DNA of 63,485 bases, counting the filler, from Choristocarpus tenellus KU-1152 (Eukaryota; Protista; Phaeophyceae): NCBI GenBank assembly GCA_964200185.2. It is 13 parts of 13 records of this genome, joined end to end, with 100 filler letters (N's around TTAATTAATTAA, not from the genome) between each part and the next. Parts side by side here need not be neighbours in the genome. Positions count along the whole stretch, not along the records: positions 46,825 to 52,623 come from CAXNAD020009726.1; positions 52,724 to 60,609 come from CAXNAD020005443.1; positions 60,710 to 63,485 come from CAXNAD020024849.1; 10 more parts are not named here. One strand, 5' to 3'. Below the pieces are notes generated by a model. That model saw only the letters and a program-made list of their open reading frames with translations. It did no database searches and was not told the DNA's origin. Position numbers and translations under genes: made by a program. Positions 50,301 through 63,470 of this stretch are shown piece by piece. Every line of letters starts with the position of its first letter. Position 1 is the first letter of the stretch.

Positions 50301-52565
50301 ACGGACTTCTGTGATTGCAACCAGGTGGTACTGAGTGACAATCCTCTCCTAGAGGAGCTCAGTGTGGAATATGTGCCTCAGATAGGCTTTCTCACTGCAC
50401 TCACAAGTGCATCTGAAGATTTGGTACCCCAGGACTTCACATTCGCCTTTGCACAGGTAACTAATGTCCCGTGCACTCTCACTTCCTCCTTTCACTGATC
50501 CATTTCCCATACATCTCTTCTTAACCAATTATCTTCCATCCTCCAGTCTCATCCGCTAACCCCTGACACATTCCCTTCTTCCCAGTTTTCCTTTCCCTCT
50601 TCCCTCTAAATCTCCAAGTTGCACAAATCCCTTCTCTTCATCTCAAGCCCTATGACCTTGAATCATATACCTAGTTCTGTAACCTGCCATGCTGGTGTTA
50701 TTGTTCATACAATGAGAAACAAACCACTTTAACCGTGCCATTGTACTAGCGTGAATAATTAGATACGTGTTATACTACGTGTTAGAGTATTTTTAAGTTT
50801 TACTCCAGATTATACGAGATGCTTGGTCACTCCATTCATCATTGAAAATATATATAGAAGGCTGGAGGAGCTTAGATTAAATTGAGTGATATTGTGGTAT
50901 TAAATATTCAGTAGCAACATTCTTTGTAGCATGAAGAAGGGCAGAAAAAAAATCTGCAGGTGCAACAAGACAAAGATGAGATTTTCGTACGGTACAGATG
51001 TGGCAACAACGGGTGAATGGATGCAAAGGGTATTTGTATCAGTGGAGTATTGTTTTAATTTCCTTCCCATCTCTTCTATTTGGGTTTCTGAAATCGGTGT
51101 ACTTGAGGAGCAAGACAAGAGTATACTTTAAAGTGTGTTGTAGTATGAAAAATCAAACGCGCCTGCAAAAATACTCCAGCGTTCAACACCTCCCTACCCT
51201 CCTCCAATCCTCATTTCCCTTAGAGTCAACGTAACTTGGAGAGTAGAGCCAAGTCCGTCTGGGGGCCAAAATCCAATGTTGTGATTTTGTTGTAATTTTG
51301 CCTATCATGTTTGTTTGGAAGTGTCAATATCCTTGTTCCGGACACACCTTTTCATGACGTGAATGTTTTATCTACTCCGAAACATTTCGGAGTAGGAAAA
51401 TGTCATTAAAAAAACGTGGGAAGCCAAGCCCCAAACGGACAAACAGGGCAAAACTCGTACCCTCTAATATACTTCCACTCTTACACATGAATATTCTGTA
51501 ACAAGTCATTCATTTTTGTCCCCTCCTTGCACTATGTTACCTCCTCCCATCAATCCTATCCCACTGATCCCTCTCGACCCACAACACTCCTAAGCCACTT
51601 TCACAATATTTTCCACTCTCCCTTCACATCCTAGGGGGATGTAGTCTACTACAAGAACACTCACATGCTAGAACTGGACGACGAGATAGGTGATATTCAG
51701 GCGCAGATCGCGGACCTACAGGTGACGATGACTTTGAGGAGTACACATCATTGCTGTTAAAAAAAAGTGTTCCAGAGCACAAGATATTGAGAACTCTATA
51801 GCGTTTCAAATAAACTTTAATTGAACAAGGTGTTTATGAGATTATTAGGATCCACAGTGATATCCTTCTGTTTACATCAACTCCACCATGCACCATGATG
51901 TAACCATAAAAGTTGTAAGCGATGCAAAACCTCCCTTCTGATATAATCCCAAACTCCTCAAAAAATTTCCAACAAAAAGGCATCACTGATTCGCCACCTA
52001 GAAGAGACTGTCCTTGAAAGGGAGGGAGCCCTTCACCATGCAGCGGCAGCAATGGGGGAGCTTGATGCTACTTTGGCATTGGCTTCAGTTGCCACGGATT
52101 TTGGGTTTGTGAGGCCTCAGGTACTATACATGCTGGTTGCTAGAGGGTGTGAAGGCAGGATGTTGACATTTTTAATTTTAAGGACAGGGTGATAGCATGT
52201 TTTTTACTCAGTTTGAAAAAATGGTCTCCATATGGATTCAAGTAGATATCTTGCACTATGTCCTCTCCAACCTCCCAATATTAGCACTGGCTGTTAGGGG
52301 GCTGGAAAGCAGAGTACTGAGAACAATACAAGGAGTAGTAGTAAGCTTATAATATATTTTGTACATTATTCCTATACAACAAGTGTGATAAATCATCTCA
52401 AACAAAATAAATAATACGTATTTCGCAATGCAAATTGCAATCTAACCTACTCTCATGTGCACACTCAATTGTGGATGGAATACCTGTATGTCTTGGTTCA
52501 CAATATTTTTCCAGGTCGTGGAGCAGAACGTAATTGTGATCAAGAACGGCCGTCACCCATTGCAG
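47381..52565 (+). CDS. MSH5: MutS homolog 5 (meiotic MutS-gamma), internal 8 exons
   Basis: In-phase exons 47381-47491, 47958-48093, 48459-48550, 49753-49836, 50325-50456 (VEYVPQIGFL), 51635-51721 (YYKNTHMLELDDEIGDI), 51980-52120 (ELDATLALASVA..FVRP), 52515-52565 (IKNGRHPLQ). YxPQIG and YYKN..ELD..GDI are MSH5-type. Confidence 0.9.
47669..47926 (+). mobile_element. MITE family 1, full copy in MSH5 intron
   Basis: TIRs CTCAAAGTATGTTAGAGGGTA / TACCCTCTAAGACACTTTCACTC; ends 31 nt before an exon. Confidence 0.9.
51223..51480 (+). mobile_element. MITE family 1, full copy in MSH5 intron, apparent 3-bp TSD TTA
   Basis: TTA|GAGTCAACGTAACTTGGAG...CCCTCTAATATACTTCCACTC|TTA. Confidence 0.9.
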
Positions 52566-52737
52566 GTTTTCCTCCCCCCTTCCCCCCTTCCCCCCTTCCC
52601 CCCTCCCCCATATGCTACCTCGGNNNNNNNNNNNNNNNNNNNNNNNNNNNNNNNNNNNNNNNNNNNNTTAATTAATTAANNNNNNNNNNNNNNNNNNNNN
52701 NNNNNNNNNNNNNNNNNNNNNNNTCAACAGTCACCAG

Positions 52738-55642
52738 GATGGGGCCTGAGCGTTCGTCACGCCTATGGCCTGGGATGTATCACCAGGCATCACGAATGTT
52801 TGTTTCGAAGAGGGACGCCGGGATGTATCTCCCGGGTTCAAAGTATGGCTCACATGCCTTTTTGAGCAGTGGTCGGTCCAAGGTGAATAAAAAGGCTATT
52901 TCGCAGCACACAGGTAGTCAAGCACCTTGCTCAACTTATCTTCCACTTACTGTGAGCATCGCTTGTTTGCTCACCTGCTGCACTTCAGGTAGAGAATACT
53001 AATCACGTTAATGTATAAGACGGATGCGTAACCCATCAGAAGAAAACTTACAGGAGCTCTAGTTGGAGCTTAGAGACTCCAAACTTTGGACAAAACTCTA
53101 CACAAACCCATCGCCACCTCTAAGGATGCTTGCTTTCTGCATTTTTTTTATTCTTTCAGTCCGTCGCGTCCGATGCAATGCATTTCAAAACGATGACGAA
53201 CGTGAATATGGGAGAGCAGCTTGGACCGGGCTCTTACGAGTTGCCAGGTACATTTAGCTCCAATTGGTATGGATCTACCGCAACTACGGAGGTGTTTTAT
53301 TCCAAGAAACAATAATATTCAAGCAAGTCCAGAGCTAAATATGTTAACTTGTCTTCCACCAGTTGAAGAATAATTTCCACATGGGATCACCTCACTAGCT
53401 GATAATTTCATATTTGTAGCAAGAGAGATCTTCAGTGCAAGGTCATACTGGCCACAGATATGGCTTTGGTCGGTCGGTTAAAATTCAGTTCTTGTGTGCT
53501 CAGGCTCGTTGTTGATCTGATTCCAATTATGCATGCACAGCAATGGTGCGAATACCTTGATACCCCAGCATGCCATAATATGAGATCTGTTATCCTTTTG
53601 AGTGTGTCTATACAAAAGACTTACCTCAAGAAAGTAATTTTCCCTCACTATCTCATTAATAAACGTTTGTTGGAACCATCAGTCTCCTTAAGGCAAGATC
53701 TAATGGCAGATGGGACAACTCTTCACACTCCCTTAGACTGCTCTACTCCATTCTTCTTCATGCTCAACGGACTCAACCCTCCTCGGAACACCTGTCAAAC
53801 AGGAACGCGACCCTACACTTCTAGTTTTTCCAGTGAAGCGTGCCTCAGTCACCAGATCCCGTCCACTAATGTGTACCAGAGGAAGAGTGCGAAAGGTTTC
53901 AGAGCTTTGCAGGAAAGAGACCATGGTAGGAGAATCGTCCAACAGCATCCAGATGAAAAGCTTTCAGATGTGGAGGCAGTAAGAGGTGACTAAGCTTCAC
54001 TTTAAACTCATGACAGCAACAACACTCTGGACAATATGTTATCAACTTTATTTTTTTTAAACACAATTCCCTTCCTTGTCCAGTTGCTACATTCTGTGCC
54101 CTACTGTATGATGGGAAGAAATAATTCAGTTCTGTTGAGCTGTAGGGGCACTACAATCATGCCTGTGTACTGAACAGACTCCAAAAAGAAGGTTAAAACT
54201 ATATGAATGGATGGGTGTGTCTAGCATTATTGAAGCAAACTTCGCTGCCCAATATGTGCCACTTTGGACTTTATAACTTGAGTCTCAGGTGAGACTTAGA
54301 GGATAGGGCAGCAACAGTTGATGACACATATAGGTCACCCCAGAAAGACGTGTAAGACATGAGCACGTGAATATCCTGCTCAGTGACATACACAGATTAT
54401 TCGTTTTTTGGGGGGACCAGGCCATTGTTGTCATTCTGCCACTTGAGCATCTCCACATTCGCAACTTGCATTCTACCTCCTTGACATGTGCGTTTTTTGC
54501 TTCTAACCCTAACCCTAATTCCAAGATCTCCCGATGGGTGCCTTCTCCTAGGAGCTGTACTCTTGTCATCTTCTTACAAACACATCAACGGGAACTCAAG
54601 GGAACACACATTGCAGAGTCTTCTGCTTTGGGGATTCTGTTGTTGATATATACATGGTGATACTGTGTGGGCAATATCTATGTGTCTGCTGATCATGCTC
54701 ATCTAGGGGGCTCCCTACGATAGAGGATTTGAACTAGGAAAGAGGGCAGCACAATTTTCAGATCAAATACTTGTGTTGAAGTTTTATTAGGTGCTACCTT
54801 GGTCCACTACAGGGACACCTCCACCAGGCACATGGGATTGTTAGGGCAATACTTTATCTAGTATAATGTAACATAGGGGAAACGAGTACAATATACTGTA
54901 GGTAGGTATTACTGGAAAGGGATCAGAAAAAAAGCTGCTCCTTCATCATGTATCTTCTTTCAAGACAACAAGTGTTTGATCTGTCAGACAGCCACTCTCA
55001 CCTCCTCGGAACTCTTGACCACCTATTACACCTTGTATATATATTTCTTGACCATACAGGCTGTAACCCACAGTGGGCCAACAATAAACATACATCCTGC
55101 TATCTCCCCCAGACTAAATGTATATGTTCTCAATCTTGGCACTTCTCCAAATCACTCTTGTTCTTCCTAATCCAGGCCTTAGGGATAAGGTCATGACACA
55201 TTTGGACATGTGCAGGAACAAGCTTAGTCTCACCTTACTATTGCAAAGCAACACGAACACATGATATATATATAATGTTTTTGCATGGTATTAGTGAAAC
55301 AGCTTCTAGTAATGTGGTGTAAGGTAGGTGGGAGATAGTAGTGCCATTACTTGATCGATGTGGACATCAAAAAATGATTAATGCGTCTTCCACCAGTGGC
55401 ACTGCTCATGTACTTTGTGGAGTGCCTGCCTTACACCTCTTGATTACATAACAAACAATTATACCTCATTCTGCCCTCTTGACTTAATGTTTGCTGACAA
55501 ATGCCAAGAAGTTGCAATTGGTATGATAGGTTACACACCATTTGCATGCAAAGTATTGAAATTCTGGAAGTAATGTATCAGTGTTCAAGTACTCTATGCA
55601 GGACCAAGAATCAAGACCCACTTCAGATGAAGAACTCCAGTA
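52738..55642 (+). CDS. SHIPPO/PGP-repeat (ODF3/STPG-like) putative flagellar protein, 3' part
   Basis: Exons ~52738-52882 (LWPGMY..AFLSSGR), 53160-53247 (LGPGSYELP), ~53803-53978 (PYTSSFSSE..), possible last exon ~55602-55642 (DQESRPTSDEELQ*); family call from GPGxY plus F.S motifs. Confidence 0.45.
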
Positions 55643-56913
55643 GGTGAGGATACAGGCCTTGCTATGATGATTCTAGTCACATCTAGTATAGCCTGTACCA
55701 GGTAATAATAGATACGAACAATCAAACTCAAAATATCCCCTCCAACAAGTTAGAGCAAAGAGGGATGGCAGATCCCTCAGAAGATTAACCTTCTGGACAA
55801 AGTTGTTGAGAATGTCTGTGAAATTTTACTGAGAAAGATGACTACACATGAATACTGCAACGTCTAAAACCACATTACCAGGTCATTACTATAGAAAAAA
55901 TTGAAACAAAAAAATATACTTGACAGCTTTGTATGGACAATACATACACTCCAAACATCACAGCAAGCAAAAAAAGCTTGTTATGTGAGGGGCCTAGTCG
56001 TTCAGTGAGATAGGCAGAAATAGATACACCACAAATAAATGTCTTCCTCCTATTGATCAACATGCTCTTGTTCCCCTACTACAGGGCATGAATTGAACCC
56101 AGGCGCAAGGAGAAGAGAGACTTCCCCATGCCTCTACCATATATTACTAACTTATAATTAGGGTGATTATATGAGATGAAGAATCACCAATCACACCACC
56201 ACAAAAACAGAACTAGCTGCTCCACTCAAAGTGTGCAAAAACTGGATAACGAATAACAAAACACGACCCCCTTCAACTATAACAAAAACGATGGGGGCAC
56301 TGAACACACATACTGCAAACCCACAATAGCTTATAAAGTGTGTTCCTTCCACTCTCTGTCGCAGGGTTACTTGAACACAAAAGTCACTATAACCTATTAC
56401 CAAAAACAATGGAGCACTGCTATCATTTCTTGTGTAGACCATAGTCAATACCCTTGACACACGCGCACGCGCATGCACCCACAAAATGAAGCTGATATAC
56501 ATAGACATGAGAATGACATCCTGGCATGACATCGATGTAAACAAATGTGTTTTCTCCTCCTGTTGTAATAAGTCATTCTAATACGAGACACATCTCCAAT
56601 GAAAAAATGTAACAATTTCTCTTCGTTGGCAACATAGAGCCCCTTCATACACACAGACCTCAGAGCTATTCCTACCCACCCCCCACTCCCCAGCTCACAT
56701 GTCTCTCCTCTCTCCCTCCCTCTCTCTCTCTCTCTGACACAAAGATCAAGAGCAAGCTCCATACCAAAACAGACCAGTGCATCAACGCACATGAAATAGG
56801 CACTCGTGAGTCAAGCACAGGGAGACAAACACCCAAGGGGGCAGCTGTCAGGGCCAACGCATGCAATAACCTATGCACATTGGGATCCAACTAAAAAAAT
56901 AAATATCACTGTA

Positions 56914-59900
56914 TCACACTGGCGGCAAATCAGGAGCCATGGTCCCCCCTCCCCTTGACGGTCCTTGAAGGTTGAACAAAAGGGGATGTCGTTCATTGGT
57001 GACCGGTGCCTCTCTCCCCACTGCATTCCGCCTAGAGGTAGGGTCATTGATGCCAACGGGCAACCCAGTCTGTGCCCCTATTGTGGGAGGAGCATGAACC
57101 CTTCGAGTTGTTGGTCTTGATGATGCTTGTCCAGGTTCCACCCGTTGCTTGCACATTGGGCATGTCCGTTGTCTCTGAGTCAACCACGGAATAATGCAAC
57201 CTTGGTGGAAGGCATGAGAGCAGCTCAGACCCCGCAGCTGGTGTTCACATACATCAAGCAGCATCAGATATAAGGGCAGGGTGGTAAAACCACAGAAAAA
57301 GGCGATCGCATCAGGGTTGGCGATTGGTCGGTCATCTAAGGACTACTACAGAGCCATCTATGGGAATAAGGTCAGTCGTAGGAAATGTTGTAGGGCGGAG
57401 ACATCCCATCAGCTCAATATGAAACACGAGGTATCCATTGATACATATGTAGGTTTTCGAAAAGACAGGAGCAGCTCAGGTCCTGCAACTCATTCCAAAC
57501 ACACCAAGGGAGGACCAAGGACACATCACACTTAAGTACTTGTGTCAAGGAAGAGGGATTGAATTTTGGGGCAATAGGAATTACTACTCAAGAGCCAGTT
57601 TGGAAACCCAGGTAAATCTCGTGCCCTCCTTTTCTGCTGTGATATACTAACCCCCCCCTCCCAGCAAAATTATGCTGAAACTATCACACCTTGCTCCTAA
57701 GCTAGTAATAACTGTACAGCATAAGCCCTAGCTCTGGGCAAATGAAAGGCATCCGTACTTATTTCTTGGACAGTTTGTGGGGTTTGACTTACGACTTTTA
57801 TTCCAATCAAAAATCTACTTTAGCCTTCCCCACCACATCCAACAAGTACTTGAAACTATAGACTTACCTCCAAGATGCAATATAAGCGACAATCAAATCC
57901 TCTAACAGTAAGAACCAGTAATCAAAATTTTACAATCACAACATTTGATCCACCCTGTCAGCAACCCCACTCTTAACCCTGATGCCACCACTCATTTTCC
58001 ACAACCTCCAGATGCACAAACCCTCAAAATACAATCTGACAGCATCTGTCACACAATAATACTCAAAGCAACACATCTCCCTTCCTACCTGGAACTTTTC
58101 AACTCTATCCATCATACCATAGTACAGATACAATATGATTTGTTCTCACCTTCTCCCCCGGTTGGAATGGCTCTAAACACACAGGGCAGCTATCATCCTC
58201 AAAACGCGACCCAACCTCCACCACAACCTCAGACAGCCGCATTGCCTCGGCCACACTCAAGGGTCTGCACAGACAATGAACATCACACACGTCAGAACAC
58301 ACATCATCTGAGTAGGATAGAGCCATTGCTACCAACAAAAACGCTGTAGCTATTTTGCACCGCTTGGAAGAAATTGTGACCCCCCCCCCCCAAAAAAAAA
58401 AAAAGATACAAAGGAAGAGCATGTGTTTGTTTGCTCAAGAACAAAATATCATTTCTTACATACCGACATAACATTATGCTACTACTGTATATATAGCACA
58501 ATACAACAGAGCAGCTAAGAATATTAGTGTCATACGATTGTATTATACGAGAGACTGCAACAAAGGATATTAGGGTTAGGGTACCGCCTCAAATTCAGGG
58601 TTAGGGTTACAATACAAAAAAGAAAATCCCAAGCAACAGCCTGTGCATGTCAATCACATTGGCAAAAGAGGAGTACATTTTTCTTGCCAACTCTGCCAAC
58701 CCGTCAAAGGTAACCTTCCACATTATAAACAGATTGTTTTCGGTACCTCTATACCCACAGAGTCAATGAAGCCAAGGCAACACCTGCTGTGCAGAACATG
58801 AAACCCACAGCGAATGGTGTACCCCAAGGGCTCACCCACTTCAATAATGACCCGATAGAGCAAACATTGATAGTAGTCATCTCCACAAGCGTGGTACACT
58901 GCCCATCAATCTTTGACATGATGCCTTGAATGTACATTAGGAAAACAAGAAAGGTAGCATTGCCCTGGGGTAACACATCCATGCCATGTGGGTTGAGCAC
59001 TTCTCCATGTTTCCACATTAGCAAGTGACTCAGAAGCATGATAAACCAATGAGCCCTGGCATATTATGGACTTGACTTTCAGCAAACGCATTGAAGACCA
59101 ACAGCATGTTCCTGGCACTGCTGAAGTAAAAAACACTTCCCAATCAAAATACAACCTACAAGCCCAACCTTTGTACTCCTGACAAAGAGTGAGTATTTTT
59201 CTGATTCTTCCTCCTTGACACAAAACATTTCAAGTCCCAGAAGAAGCATATACCATCAAAATACTATCAGAGCACTGATTTGTCATTGACAACAAAATAA
59301 CCTCCAATTCAGGCATCACTGACCCACAATATATACTAGACACAATACACAGTATAGAGTCACATAGAGACCTGATAGATCCTTGACAGCGATGCTATCA
59401 AGCACGGTAAGCATAATAGTTTTCTCATGCATCCTTGGCGTAGCATGTGCTCTAGAGCACCACAGAGACTCTATTAGTCCTTGGCATTAGTGGAACTTAT
59501 TGAAGGCATAGTAGATGCCTCGTACTCCTCCAGTACATCACCAGCAGACCAATGCAATACCCTACATGGAAAAAACTTTATGTTCCCTCACCTATTGTCC
59601 CCCCTGATAGTGTCATACCGCTGCACATAGCTGTGGAGGGTGCCGATAACAAGACTTCCGCAGGTCACCATCACCAGCAGAAACCTACTCTGCACAAGAA
59701 CAAGAGGGTTGATCAAAAAGAAAATCTTCCTGTGGTCATACCACAGCCTTACCTTCTTGATTTTGTGCAATTCACCTCACAGGAGACTAGGCACGTTTTG
59801 CACAAATGTTGCGTCTCTTGATGTCACTATATCTATCACTAGATACTCACAGGCAAGAAGATGGACAGAGGGGTTAGGGCTATTTTGACCCCATTGGCAA

Positions 59901-60525
59901 GAATGATATAGACATGGTAGCAAAGACCAGCAAATTACTTGAGCGTATCTATGGGTTGTCATGGTAACAGCAGGTGATGAACAGGTGCAGAATACAGTGT
60001 ATATGCTGTTCAATAACATACTACTGTATGTACTATTGTATTATTACTGTATGTATTATTGTATGTATAATGTATAATATTGTATTTAAAAGGCAACACT
60101 TTAAATTGGTTCCGTTCCTCTATTCAGAGGTAGCTACCACAACAACTGAAAAATGCACACATACTATTACATCTCACTATATATATAAAACAATGTCAGG
60201 GTGAACTACACTATATAAATAAGACAATGTCAGGGTGTGACAAGGGCAAGGGAAAAAACTTAACCCTGAACCATGAGCCAAGGTGATCTGTCAATAGGTC
60301 CAACGTTAAACCACACAAAAAAAATGAAGATGGGGAGGTGTTTTGAAGTGAAAAAGTCCCTCCAGTTGGTGAATGTAATTGGTGGCCTATGCTTTTGGTG
60401 TATCTACAACTTTTCATAATGTGTCTCTACCCCTCAGACACTTCTTCAAATCAGAATTGTTAGTGATAATCTTGGCAAGACTACCAATCCTGACCTGAGT
60501 GAGTGTAGGCGATGGAGGTGCAATG
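56914..60525 (-). CDS. Transmembrane RING-H2 E3 ubiquitin ligase (RNF13/RMR-like), 3' part
   Basis: In-phase exons 60525-60495, 59689-59592 (hydrophobic FLLVMVTCGSLVIG), 58264-58150 (DSCPVCLEPFQPGEK), 57237-56914 (LRGLSCSHAFHQGCIIPWL..TCPMCK..*); complete C3H2C3. Confidence 0.92.
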
Positions 60526-60861
60526 CTGTAGTTATTGCACAAACAAGTAAGGTTAGGGTTAGGGTGGCAAATAGTACTGACGCTCAAGGGCAAGGGTATG
60601 ACTGGGGGGNNNNNNNNNNNNNNNNNNNNNNNNNNNNNNNNNNNNNNNNNNNNTTAATTAATTAANNNNNNNNNNNNNNNNNNNNNNNNNNNNNNNNNNN
60701 NNNNNNNNNCCCCCCCCCCCCCCCCCCCCTTCCCCCCCCCTCCCATTAATTTCAAATTTCTTTAAATACTATTTAAAACTTTTTTTTTTTTTTTTTTTTT
60801 TTCCCCCCCCCCCCCCCCCCCCCCCTCCCCCAACCCTTTTTTTTCTCAAAAAAAAAAAAAG

Positions 60862-62803
60862 ACTTGCATGCGGGTTTTCCCACCGGAACGTGGCCTGATG
60901 ATACGAGAGCGTTCGACGGGATCGTATCGTGTGGGACCCTATTTCCTGGCCAAGTCCTTCAGTGACATTGCCCTCTATACCACAGTTCCTCTATTGTTTG
61001 CTACAGTTGTGTACTGGACGGTAGGGTTAAGGCCGGAGGCCAGTGCCTTTGTGCTCTTCCTTCTGTTCTTCTTGGGACAGGTGGGTCTTGATTTAACGTT
61101 TTCCTCTGCTTTGCTTTTCCTTGCTTTGCTTTTCCTCTGCTTTGCTTTTCCTCTGCTTTGTTTCCGTGTGTGGGGTTTTGCTTGTGTTTATCATCTTTCT
61201 TTTTCTTTTTTTGTTTATCCTCTTCATCTTTCTTGGAAGGAGGGGGGGGAGTGGGGGGAGATGAAGAGGAGGTGAGGTGGTATTTGTATTTCTCACTCCA
61301 TGTGTGTTATGTGTATGTTATGTTATTGTGTGTTTTGTCTGTGTTATGTGTGTGTTATGTTATGTTACGTTATTGTGTGTTGTGTGTGTTGTGTGTGTGT
61401 GTGTGTGTGTGTGATCTGGGAGGAGGGATCCAGGCCCTTTCGCCTTTGGGTTGGTTGTATGAAAGGACTGAAAAGGTGCTTGGATATTTTGAAGGATGGT
61501 GGGACAGAAGGAGGTGGGTACAGTGCTCGATTGAGTTCCAAGAAACCTTTTGTTATTGTTAACTCTTGAATGTAGTTTAGTTATATCCAGCATTTGCAGA
61601 CTAATTCATGTATATATAAGTCTTGTTTGGTGTATGCCTCAGTGATAATTTATTCTTTTCAGTGCCTATCAATCCTGCATCTCATTTTTTGGGTGTTTTG
61701 TGGTGCATCTCCAAGAAGGAACTACATGGCATTCCCAACATGCAGTACTACCTGACTCTTGTTTCTATGAGTAACAACAAATAAAGCATGTACTTGTTGG
61801 GGTACTCTTTTTTACCTCCATCTACCTAACTCTGCCTTTGTGAAAACAATTGTTGTACTGTATACACGTCAACGTACTGAACTTTCTTGGGTATAGATAT
61901 CAGCAACATCAAATCATATGTCTCCAGCCCCTCCTGATGTCAGTCAATCATATGTCAGCCAATCATATGTCAGCCTCTTCTTACTCCCGGTCCTACTCCT
62001 ACTCCTACCTCTGCTCCTACTGTAAATGAAATGTGTGCTGCTCAGGTGGTTGTGGGACAGAGTCTTGGTCTCTTTATCAGTGCGGCTATTCCTGACGTGT
62101 TCACTGCCCAGTCCGTTTCCTTTGTTGTTATCCTCCTCCTCATGCTTTTCGGTGAGTGCACACTTTGACACTAGACACTAACCCCCCCCCCCCCCCCCCC
62201 CCACCCCACCCCTTCTCTCCTCCCCTCCTTACACTTAGTCCTTCTTTCCTGGCTTGTTGAGCGCATTGATGGGAAGACTATTGTGGTGGTTGCTTCTGAC
62301 TCTCCACTTGATTTTTTTTTAATTTGGGGTGTAAAACTTTTGATGAGGAGATACAGTTACATATATTTGGTTCACTCGCTGAATGTTATTGTCTGAATGA
62401 TATTGTCTGTAACATGCTGTTGTTGTTGTTTGTTAGTAGATTTCTGTGTGCCTTTCCTTTGTATAAATTCGATTTTTTCTGTCATCACCGGGTGGCGTGT
62501 CTTTGATTTATGCTTGTTTATTTATTTATTTATTTGTTTATTTATTTGTTTGTTTGTTTATTTATTTGTTTGTTTATTTATTTGTTTATTTATTTATTTA
62601 TTTATTTATAATGATTCTTCCATGACCTTCGACTCTCAGCATGACTCCCAGTTGACGATCTCATATGTCGATGCCCTCTGATACTACTTCCCACTGCCTT
62701 CTCTTCCCCCTGCCCTCAATACTCATTGGGTGGGATGTCTGCACTTCAATCTGTGGTGCTAAGGTGGATTCTATGTGAACAGCAACAATATGCCTGATGG
62801 AAT
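60862..62803 (+). CDS. ABCG (White-family) transporter, membrane-domain exons
   Basis: Exons 60862-61080 (FPPERGLMIRERSTGSYRVGPYFLAK..VYWTVGL), 62046-62151 (GQSLGLFISAA..LLMLF), 62764-62803 (GFYVNSNNMP). Confidence 0.93.
62514..62609 (+). repeat. Compound (TTTA/TTTG)n microsatellite
   Basis: Visible directly in the sequence. Confidence 0.9.
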
Positions 62804-63166
62804 GTGAGATTCAGGATCGGTGTCCTGTTTAGAAGAGGAGGAAACCCTTCTTTGGATCATTTGTTGACATCTCACACAAGAATTTACCCTAACATTAGTA
62901 GTGAGGTAGTAATGATAAGACTGTAGTACAAGGACTACACGATGAGAGGCTCAATCAAGATAGACCAATCAAGATAGACATTCCTGGTGGATGTTGAGTC
63001 ATTTGCCGAGCAAGGGACAGTATAAGAAATCGATTTGTTTGGGTGTTGATCCTCCCCCTGGCAGTTGTGTGATGATAGTGATTATTAAGCTATTTTAGCT
63101 ATTTTGGCTATTTTAAACAGATTATGTCGCTACTGCACAAAGGGATGTACTCTCTGCGGTGAGGAC

Positions 63167-63234
63167 TATGGTAGTATGGTAGTATGGTAGTATGGTAGTA
63201 TGGTAGTATGGTAGTATGGTAGTATGGTAGTATG
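63167..63234 (+). repeat. 8-bp tandem repeat (TATGGTAG) x8
   Basis: Perfect array. Confidence 0.93.
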
Positions 63235-63434
63235 TACCATTATACACATGCCTGAGCCATGTCTGATTCTCAGAGCATTACTGTCACATGTATGCCCAAC
63301 ACAAGGCATATAGATGTGCACTTTCCATGCAGGGGATTATGAAAGGTGGCAAGACATGATAGTGTATGATTTGCAAGTAGTTGAACCCTCAACACATTGA
63401 ACATCTTTCTCCACCCTTGCCCCACAATGCAGAT

Positions 63435-63470
<36 letters not shown>

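Noticed and set aside
59754-59788. Apparent extra exon of the RING gene with a strong GTAAG donor
   Set aside because: It has a stop in the phase required to join the next exon
4998-60709. Recurring TTAATTAATTAA flanked by Ns, resembling a repeat array
   Set aside because: Artificial six-frame-stop linker; adjacency across linkers has no biological meaning, so no gene cluster can be inferred
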